Source: Candidatus Binatia bacterium
GTDB lineage: Bacteria > Desulfobacterota > Binatia > HRBIN30
DNA length: 22,815 bases
Assembly (NCBI GenBank): GCA_038245295.1
Contig: JBBRSP010000049.1
Span: 1-22,815, forward strand
Reading direction: 5' to 3'
This document shows, piece after piece, positions 1 through 6,264 of this stretch. Under the pieces are notes generated by a model, which saw only the letters and a program-made list of their open reading frames with translations, did no database searches and was not told the DNA's origin. A program made the translations under genes and the position numbers. Each line of letters starts with the position of its first letter. Within the stretch, counting starts at the first letter, position 1.

Positions 1-229
1 ACTCCCCAGCGATCTGCTCGAGGTCGATGGCGAAACGCGACGCCCTCGTCGGGGCTCGGCTCACGCCGCGCAGCACAGTTGGCACAGAGACGCCGAGAGC
101 CCGTGCAACCTGGGCTGGGATCGCGCCGAGGCGTGCGACGGTGAGCCAGGAGACGATCGCGCGGGCGGCGACGGCGGCCGGTAGGCAGCTTCTGCTCATG
201 ACAACGGCACCTTCATTGGACACCCACAT
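1..229 (-). pseudogene. Probable C-terminal helix-turn-helix fragment of a REP-associated/IS200-like tyrosine transposase; runs off the window edge
   Basis: My minus-strand translation gives MWVSNEGAVVMSRSCLPAAVAARAIVSWLTVARLGAIPAQVARALGVSVPTVLRGVSRA..., an HTH ('VARALGVSVPTV') resembling the DnaA-C-like tail of some RAYT-type transposases. No HUH/catalytic part is seen upstream. Confidence 0.4.
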
Positions 230-307
230 TCGGAGGCGTCGGCCCGGGCTCCTGCCGCATGGCGAGGCCGGGGCGAAACCAGGGCACGTGTACTCCGTGT
301 GAGCCCA

Positions 308-608
308 GGATTGGAAATAACTGGCTTCACGGAACCCAACCTGAAGACGCTCTGGATCGACCCCTACGACTACCAGGCGGAGCTGCAAGAAGCGGTCGAG
401 TACCTGGTGATCCGAGGGATGAACGTTTCAGTTTACAACCATCAGCTCTGTATTCTGCCGCGGCCTCTCTGGAAGTTTGCGCGGAAGTCGATCGCTGACT
501 GGAAGAATCTACCTCCAGATGTGCGAGAAGTGTTCTGTACTGGATGCCTGTGGCGGCCTCTTTAAGTCGGCCGAGCGGGTGCACAGCGAGCACCTCCATA
601 CGCTTTAG
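308..608 (+). pseudogene. hxsC: 3' fragment of His-Xaa-Ser system radical SAM maturase HxsC; 5'-truncated and frameshifted at ~509
   Basis: GLEITGF..NL..LWIDPYDYQ..L..AV..L..RGMNVSVYNHQLCILPRPLWKFARKSIADWKN, then after a frame change YLQMCEKCSVLDACGGLFKSAERVHSEHLHTL* (TAG 606-608). This matches the HxsC C-terminus as I recall it, including CxxC...CGG. Confidence 0.8.
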
Positions 609-654
609 AACCAGCGAGGCTGGACTTGGCCGCTGGTCCCTCGCTTCGCTACCG

Positions 655-948
655 TCATCGCTTGCGATACGTCGTCGTGGTTCGCCGCAGGATTGCGACA
701 ACATCTACATGGCGACGTTCGCGGAAGATGTCGAAGAGGATACGGTAGTCGCCAACACGGCGGCGGTATGCGGCCTCAGCGTTTGTGAGGTGCACGACGT
801 CGCCCTTGAAGGGATCACCGCGCATGCCCTCGATGGCAGCGTCGATGCGGCCGAAGTCGCCAGCGGGCAGCTTATCGAGCTGCTTTTGCGCGCTTTTGGC
901 GAGGCTGACGCTCCAGGCGTGCGGCGCGCTCGGCTCGGTACTGCTCAT
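655..948 (-). CDS. Type II toxin, RelE/ParE superfamily (RelE/StbE-like)
   Basis: 97 aa from ATG 948: WSVSLAKSAQKQLDKL...GDPF...YRRRVGDYRILFDI...VDVVAILRR. Overlaps the 3' end of the upstream antitoxin. Confidence 0.88.
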   Translation of the reverse strand: MSSTEPSAPHAWSVSLAKSAQKQLDKLPAGDFGRIDAAIEGMRGDPFKGDVVHLTNAEAAYRRRVGDYRILFDIFRERRHVDVVAILRRTTTTYRKR

Positions 949-1195
949 AAGGGATCGTTTCACCGGCAGCCACATCGGCACGACCGCGTTTGATAGCGCG
1001 AAGTTCCGCGGCTGTAGCCGTGGCATTGGGAATTGGCTTGTCCGCGAGCTGCTTCGGGCGAAGCACGATGCTGCCGCGCTCGGCGGTGAGCTCGACGAAG
1101 TCGCCAAGCACCAGGCCTATGGCGTCGCGTACGGGCTTGGGAATGCTCACCTGATGATTGCCAGTGAAGCGGGCAATGGCGGTGGTTTTGGACAT
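872..1195 (-). CDS. AbrB/MazE/SpoVT-family antitoxin
   Basis: From ATG 1195: MSKTTAIARFTGNHQVSIPKPVRDAIGLVLGDFVELTAERGSIVLRP (swapped-hairpin pattern), then AAELRAIKRGRADVAAGETIPYE, typical of an antitoxin C-terminus. Confidence 0.85.
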   Translation of the reverse strand: MSKTTAIARFTGNHQVSIPKPVRDAIGLVLGDFVELTAERGSIVLRPKQLADKPIPNATATAAELRAIKRGRADVAAGETIPYEQYRAERAARLERQPRQKRAKAAR

Positions 1196-1201
1196 GAAGA
1201 C

Positions 1202-1231
1202 ACAGTACCGTACAACGGTTTTGGGCGTCAA
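1202..1231 (-). promoter_or_regulatory. Sigma70-like promoter with palindromic operator for the TA operon, likely leaderless
   Basis: Minus strand TTGACG-18 nt-TACTGT, 6 nt before ATG 1195. Inverted repeat ACCGT-aca-ACGGT at 1207-1219 lies in the spacer. Confidence 0.55.
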
Positions 1232-1611
1232 TGGGCCTGGAGTCCAATTTGCCTTCCACAAAAGAGCGCGTAGAGGGACACCCATGCCGGCCGTGCCGCC
1301 ACCCGCGGCGCCGCAGCCGGCGCGAGGGATCGAACCGACTAGGGGCCTTCGACGGGGACGTTGTTACAACTTTCTCAACTCTCACCAAATCCATCTCTGA
1401 ACCCCGGCCTTGGCGTTCTGGCATCGATGCGTGTCTCGGCGAAAATCGCCAGGCGAGCCGCCACCGGTGTCGTGTCGAGTGTCTGGGCATTCCTTTTTCT
1501 GAATCTCGGCCGTGGTGGCATCTCCACGCCCCTCGATCTTCCCAGCCGCCATGCGCCATGCGCACTGCCGCAGGTATGCGCCGCGGTGTCGCGAAAGCTG
1601 CAGAACACCAA

Positions 1612-1790
1612 TCCGCATACGGAATGGCTCTAAATAAAGTTCGGCTACTAGAACCCTATACGGAACAGCTGAAAAACTTTTTTGTCGGCCGTTCCGCATA
1701 CGGAATGACCGTAGATAAAGTTCTGCTACTGGAACCCTATGCGGAACGGCTGAATGACTTCTTTGTCGGCCATTCCGCATGCGGAATGGC
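1612..1790. repeat. 81-bp tandem repeat (2.2 copies), each unit starting with a TCCGCAT(A/G)CGGA palindrome
   Basis: Units start at 1612, 1693 and 1774. Units 1 and 2 differ at 12 of 81 positions by my count. Noticeably AT-richer than the surrounding sequence. Confidence 0.9.
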
Positions 1791-1979
1791 GTAAAACGGA
1801 AGAGGATTCTTCCCCCAAAACACCAAGTGCGACGTTCCGGGGACACGTCGGAGTTGCTCAACCCTGGCGGCCCGCGCCATGAACCGTGTCGATTTGACAT
1901 CGGCGGCACTGCGTAGAAGGAAGCGACCATTGGCGTTGTGGCCACATTGGCCATGACGGTGGGCGAATCGAACGGGGAC

Positions 1980-2095
1980 AGTCTGCCGGTAGAGACGGTC
2001 GACGCGATGAACCGCCAGGCGACACCGGATCCAGCGCGGCTGCTGCCTTGATCGTACTGCTCGACTCCAACATCTTCATGTACGCAGCCGGAACA
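1980..2095 (+). pseudogene. Fragment spanning a vapB 3' end and a vapC (PIN toxin) 5' end
   Basis: ...SLPVETVDAMNRQATPDPARLLP* (TGA 2049-2051) overlaps TTG 2048 starting (M)IVLLDSNIFMYAAG, a PIN-domain N-terminal motif. Similarity stops at about 2095. Confidence 0.65.
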
Positions 2096-2459
2096 GGGGA
2101 CGCCGAGGCGGGACGCGGTAAGAACTTTCGCAAGTCCCGCGAGAGTTGAGAAAGTTCTAACAACGTCCCCGCGTCACCGGCCGATCTCATTGCCTACCCC
2201 ATGGCAGCGATAGATGGGCAGTAGGGCGGTCATGTTGTATACGTCGCAAAAGACGCAGGTGTTCGGCACAAAAGGCGTGGCCGAGCTTGTTCGCCGTCCA
2301 AGGCTCAAAAGCTCCGTCAGCCGAACGCAAAGATTCATCGCCGTCATTGGAGGGGCAGTCATCGCCTCCTCATTCCCCTTGCCTCTTCTCGGCACTCGCA
2401 CACGGTTTCGCTGCCGAGGATGCAGGTGATGATGACACGCATCTCGACAGGATCGCGCC

Positions 2460-2554
2460 GCCGTCGTTGCACAGGTCCTGAGCGTCGGTGAACAGCGCTC
2501 CGCCGTCGTTGCACGGCTCTGAATTTCTGTTCGCAGACCTCTGCCGTCGTTGCA
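2460..2554. repeat. Three copies of GCCGTCGTTGCA at 42/41-bp spacing
   Basis: Identical 12-mers at 2460, 2502 and 2543 with divergent intervening sequence. Confidence 0.8.
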
Positions 2555-2823
2555 GAGCTTCCGAAATCGGCGCGCGCGTAGGCTGCATGAACGCAAGGAG
2601 GATGGGGGATGGTTCCGCTACGTACGTGGTAAGGCGCAGGACTGAGACAGTGGCCCTTTCCCTGTGCCGCCAACTCAGTGTATGCAGCCTGACTTAAGAG
2701 GGGCAGGCGGATGTCCGCGAAATTCCCGGTTCGGCGGCGCGCAGGAGGGGAAGTGCTAGTTCCAGAGCTGCAAAATGGGGGTCATCCCCTTTAACTGCCC
2801 TCGACGGCCGAGAAGCGTTCCCT

Positions 2824-2966
2824 GTGGATGCCGTCCGGCCTGGACTAATGGAAACCGACGACCCAGAACTGACAGCCGACCATGAGCAATGACCTGGCGT
2901 TCCGTTGCCCATTGTCGGTCGTCGGTTCTGGGTTGTCGGTCTTCCATTGGCAAGCCCGCGGCAAGG
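2824..2966. repeat. 143-bp direct repeat, copy 1 (long hairpin built from degenerate heptamers)
   Basis: About 93% identical to 3475-3617. Internal arms GGAAACCGACGACCCAGAAC and GTTCTGGGTTGTCGGTCTTCC. Confidence 0.92.
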
Positions 2967-3084
2967 GCGAGACCAATGAATAGCTGCAAGGCACGTATCC
3001 ATCCGGATCGGCAGACGACTCAGAATGAGTACACTGATGGTGCTACTGCGCCACATGCCGGCCGACGATGGGCGAGGCGAGCAC

Positions 3085-3100
3085 AGGCACGGCTCGTGCT
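3085..3100 (+). promoter_or_regulatory. Possible sigma54 -24/-12 promoter of the four-helix-bundle gene
   Basis: AGGCACGGCTCGTGCT has GG-N10-GC spacing (consensus TGGCACG-N4-TTGC) and ends 13 nt before ATG 3114. No clear Shine-Dalgarno sequence. Confidence 0.4.
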
Positions 3101-3113
3101 CTCCTAGCGGTCC

Positions 3114-3461
3114 ATGAAAGGTGACGACCTGGCAGCGCGCCTCGTAGCCTATGCAGTACAAGTGATCACTGTCGTAGAGTCCCTGCCGGCGACAGCTACG
3201 GGCCGACATATCGCCGACCAGCTCTTGCGCTCAGCTACGTCTGCCGGCGCAAACTACGAAGAAGCACGCGGGGCCGAGAGTAAGCGCGACTTCATCCACA
3301 AACTCGGCGTCAGTCTCAAGGAGATCCACGAGAGCCGCTACTGGCTGAGGGTCGCCCACGGCGGCGGCCTCGTGGATATCGACTTGGCGACACTCGTCGA
3401 CGAGGCCAACGCGCTGTGTCGCATTCTCGGCAAGTCTCGAATCACGGCGCAGACCCGGTAA
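3114..3461 (+). CDS. Four helix bundle protein (23S rRNA intervening-sequence protein/TIGR02436-like family)
   Basis: 115 aa with the family signature IADQLLRSATSAGANYEEARGAESKRDFIHKLGVSLKEIHESRYWL. Confidence 0.92.
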   Translation: MKGDDLAARLVAYAVQVITVVESLPATATGRHIADQLLRSATSAGANYEEARGAESKRDFIHKLGVSLKEIHESRYWLRVAHGGGLVDIDLATLVDEANALCRILGKSRITAQTR

Positions 3462-3474
3462 GGTAGACGCAGCC

Positions 3475-3617
3475 GTGGATGCGGTCCGGCCGGACTACTG
3501 GAAAACCGACGACCCAGAACTGACAGCCGACCATGAACAATGGGCTGGCGTTCCGTTGCCCATTGTTGGTCGTCGGTTCTGGGTCGTCGGTTTTCCATTG
3601 GCAAGCCCGCGGCAAGG
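3475..3617. repeat. 143-bp direct repeat, copy 2 (long hairpin)
   Basis: Perfect 21-bp stem GGAAAACCGACGACCCAGAAC / GTTCTGGGTCGTCGGTTTTCC, plus inner stem AACAATGGGC / GCCCATTGTT. Confidence 0.92.
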
Positions 3618-3739
3618 CCCCCCCCTCGCTTCATCGGTGCACCGATGTCATACGCGCTTGTCTCGCCCACAGAGCAGCTTAAGATCGGGCGGTACACTGC
3701 AAGTTCGCAAGACACACGGGTCGCGCACCAGGAGGAAGT

Positions 3740-4963
3740 ATGGCCAACACGATGACCGATGAAGAGCTACGTCAACGCGTCCACACGTTGCTTGCGGAAG
3801 CGCACCCGGACAAGGTCGACATGTTCACCTTCCGCGGCAAGCAATTCGACCACGGCCTGGCAATGGTCAACTTCCCCGAGGGCCACGGCGGCCTCGGCCT
3901 GAGTCCGAAGATGCAAGCCGTCGTCAACGATGAGCTGCGCAAGAACTGCAAGACGACCTACGACGATCTCGCCATCAATCCGATCGGCATCGGCATGGGT
4001 TCGGCGACGGTTCTCACCTACGGCAGCGAAGAGTTGAAGAAGAAGCACCTGCGCAAGATCTTCACCGGCGAAGACATCTGGTGCCAGATGTTCAGCGAGC
4101 CGGGTGCCGGTTCCGACGTCGCCGGACTCGCTTCGCGCGCCGTGCGTGATGGCGATGACTGGATCGTCAACGGCCAGAAGGTGTGGACCACCCTGGCACA
4201 CGTGTCGAACTACGGCATGCTGGTTGTGCGCACCAATCCCGATCTGCCGAAGCACGAAGGCATGTCGTACTTCGTCCTCGACATGCACGCCCCCGGCGTC
4301 GATGTCCGGCCTCTCTACCAGATCACCGGCGAAGCCGAGTTCAACGAAGTCTTCTTCAATGACGTGCGTATTTCCAATGCTCAAATGCTCGGCAAGGAAG
4401 GTGACGGCTGGAAGGTTGCCCTGACAACCTTGATGAACGAGCGCCAGGCCCTCGGCGGCGGCTCGGGACAGAAGGGCGGCGGCCCGATCAGTGTCCTCAT
4501 GCAACTGTGGAAGGCGCGCAACCCTTCGGCGCAATCCGCCGCCACCGAAGCTCTCATGCGCGATCGCATCACCAAACTCTACGTCGAATGTGAATTGCTG
4601 CGCCTCACCAGCGCTCGCGCCAAGGCGGCGCAACGTTCGGGAAACCCCGGCCCCGAAGGGTCGGTCGGCAAACTGGCACAAGCCGAGATGTACAAGCGCC
4701 TGTGGGAGTGCGCCATGGACGTCCTCGGCAGCGACTCCCTGGTGTACGAGCCCGGCTACGAGCTGCGCCGCCCCGAAGGCGAAGACCGCCGCGACAAGGT
4801 GTTGGCCGCGAAGTACCAATTCCTACGGTCGCGCGCCAACTCGATCGAAGGCGGCACCTCGGAGATCATGCGCAACATCCTCGGCGAACGTGTGCTCGGC
4901 CTGCCGGGTGAACCACGTGTCGACAAGAACGTGCCGTGGAAGGATGTCCCCCGCGGCGGCTGA
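3740..4963 (+). CDS. Acyl-CoA dehydrogenase, probable catalytic subunit of a heteromeric pair (FadE17-like)
   Basis: WCQMFSEPGAGSDVAGL, VNGQKVWTT, EFNEVFF, TTLMNER and SIEGGTSEIMRNI motifs. RBS GGAGGA precedes the ATG. Confidence 0.93.
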   Translation: MANTMTDEELRQRVHTLLAEAHPDKVDMFTFRGKQFDHGLAMVNFPEGHGGLGLSPKMQAVVNDELRKNCKTTYDDLAINPIGIGMGSATVLTYGSEELKKKHLRKIFTGEDIWCQMFSEPGAGSDVAGLASRAVRDGDDWIVNGQKVWTTLAHVSNYGMLVVRTNPDLPKHEGMSYFVLDMHAPGVDVRPLYQITGEAEFNEVFFNDVRISNAQMLGKEGDGWKVALTTLMNERQALGGGSGQKGGGPISVLMQLWKARNPSAQSAATEALMRDRITKLYVECELLRLTSARAKAAQRSGNPGPEGSVGKLAQAEMYKRLWECAMDVLGSDSLVYEPGYELRRPEGEDRRDKVLAAKYQFLRSRANSIEGGTSEIMRNILGERVLGLPGEPRVDKNVPWKDVPRGG

Positions 4964-4992
4964 GCGCCTGTCCGAGAGGTGGAACGAGATCT

Positions 4993-5030
4993 CCCCTCTC
5001 CCACGCGCGGGAGAGGGCTAGGGTGAGGGT
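4993..5030. repeat. REP-like palindrome, CCCCTCTCCC...GGGAGAGGG..AGGGTGAGGG family
   Basis: Stem CCCTCTCCC / GGGAGAGGG. The same family recurs at 15729-15869. Confidence 0.75.
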
Positions 5031-5078
5031 GAAGCTACAAGCCAGCCCCCTGCGTCAGACTTTGGAAGGGTTCACATC

Positions 5079-6194
5079 ATGGATTTTCAATTCACAGCCG
5101 AACACGATGAGTTGCGCCAAACGGTGCGCAAGTTCTTGAACGACAAGTCAACCGAAGCCGCGGTCCGCAAAACCATGGCGACGGAGTCGGGCTACGACCC
5201 CGACGTCTGGTCGCAGATGGCGGAGCAGATGGGGCTACCCGGCTTGATCATCCCCGAAGAGCTCGGTGGCGCCGGCATGAGTGCCGTCGAGCTGACGGTC
5301 GTCCTCGAAGAGATGGGCCGTGCCCTCTTGTGCGCGCCATATTTCTCGACCGCTGTCCTGGCGACAAACGCGCTGCTGCACGCCGGCAACGACGCTGCTC
5401 AGAAGGACCTCTTGTCCCAGATCGCCGCCGGCAAAGGTACGGCAACACTCGCCTTCGCCGAAGGCAACAGCTGGAGCATCGCCGACATCAAGATGGAGGC
5501 GAAACAAGACGGCTCGGCGTGGGTGCTCGACGGCACCAAGAACTATGTGCTCGACGGACACACAGCCGACACGTTGCTGGTCGCGGCACGCACCAAGGAA
5601 GGTGTGTCGCTGTTCAAGATCAGCGGCAAGGCCGACGGCGTCGAGCGTACGCTACTGCCGACACTTGACCTGACGCGCAAGCTCGCCAACATCACGTTCA
5701 AGAAGGCACGCGCCGAGCGCATCGGTGCGGCGGGTGATCTTACCGCGGCGTTGGAGAAGGTGATCACGCTGGCCGTCGTGGCCCTGGCGGCCGAGCAGGT
5801 CGGCGGAGCACAACGCTGCCTCGAGCTGTCGACTGAATATGCCAAGACGCGTCTACAGTTCGGGCGCGCGATCGGCTCCTACCAGGCAATCAAGCACCGC
5901 TGCGCCGACATGTTGGTCGCCGTCGAGTTCGCCAAGTCAGCGGCCTACTTCGCCGCCTTCCGCGCCGCCGACAACGACACCAAGGATCTCGAAGCCGCGT
6001 CGCACATCGCCAAGTCGTATTGCTCCGAGGCCTACTTCCAGGCCGCCAACGACAACATCCAGATCCACGGCGGCATGGGCTTCACCTGGGAACACATCGC
6101 CCACCTCTACTTCAAGCGCGCCAAGAGCAGCAGCATGCTGTTTGGCGACCCGGCGCATCACCGCGAGAAGCTGGCCGCGCAGCTGGGACTCTAA
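5079..6194 (+). CDS. Acyl-CoA dehydrogenase, probable partner subunit (FadE18-like)
   Basis: YAKTRLQFGRAIGSYQAIKHRCADM and QIHGGMGFTWEH..HLYFKRA motifs. Lacks the intact EP.AGSD motif, as expected for the second subunit of alpha2beta2 ACADs. Confidence 0.92.
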   Translation: MDFQFTAEHDELRQTVRKFLNDKSTEAAVRKTMATESGYDPDVWSQMAEQMGLPGLIIPEELGGAGMSAVELTVVLEEMGRALLCAPYFSTAVLATNALLHAGNDAAQKDLLSQIAAGKGTATLAFAEGNSWSIADIKMEAKQDGSAWVLDGTKNYVLDGHTADTLLVAARTKEGVSLFKISGKADGVERTLLPTLDLTRKLANITFKKARAERIGAAGDLTAALEKVITLAVVALAAEQVGGAQRCLELSTEYAKTRLQFGRAIGSYQAIKHRCADMLVAVEFAKSAAYFAAFRAADNDTKDLEAASHIAKSYCSEAYFQAANDNIQIHGGMGFTWEHIAHLYFKRAKSSSMLFGDPAHHREKLAAQLGL

Positions 6195-6197
6195 ACA

Positions 6198-6264
6198 AAG
6201 AGTGAAGGGTGACGAGTGAAGGGTGAAAGCCACCCCCTCGTTTCATTCTTCACCCTTCACTCTT
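6198..6264. terminator. Heptamer-repeat hairpin between convergent genes, probable bidirectional terminator
   Basis: AAGAGTGAAGGGTGA...TCACCCTTCACTCTT forms a 15-bp perfect stem of GAGTGAA/GGGTGAA units and fills the gap between two stop codons. Confidence 0.6.

Larger units (their letters stand above)
1353..2171. mobile_element. Non-autonomous segment bounded by 31-bp inverted repeats
   Basis: 1353-1383 CGGGGACGTTGTTACAACTTTCTCAACTCTC versus the reverse complement of 2141-2171 CGGGGACGTTGTTAGAACTTTCTCAACTCTC: 30/31 identical. No transposase inside and no obvious target-site duplication. Confidence 0.6.

Noticed and set aside
1612..1790. CRISPR array or DGR TR/VR pair
   Set aside because: Whole units are similar with no unique spacers, mismatches are not restricted to adenines, and no cas or reverse transcriptase gene is in the window.
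1231..1794. 187-aa ORF containing 27-aa repeats as a real protein
   Set aside because: It crosses an inverted-repeat boundary, has no recognisable domain, and repeat differences are mostly non-synonymous.
2460..2554. Mini-CRISPR
   Set aside because: The conserved part is only 12 bp, there are three copies, and no leader or cas genes are present.
2824..3617. DGR template/variable repeats beside an Avd-like gene
   Set aside because: Differences between the copies include C/G, C/T, T/C and indels rather than A-specific changes. Neither copy is in a target ORF, and no reverse transcriptase is present.
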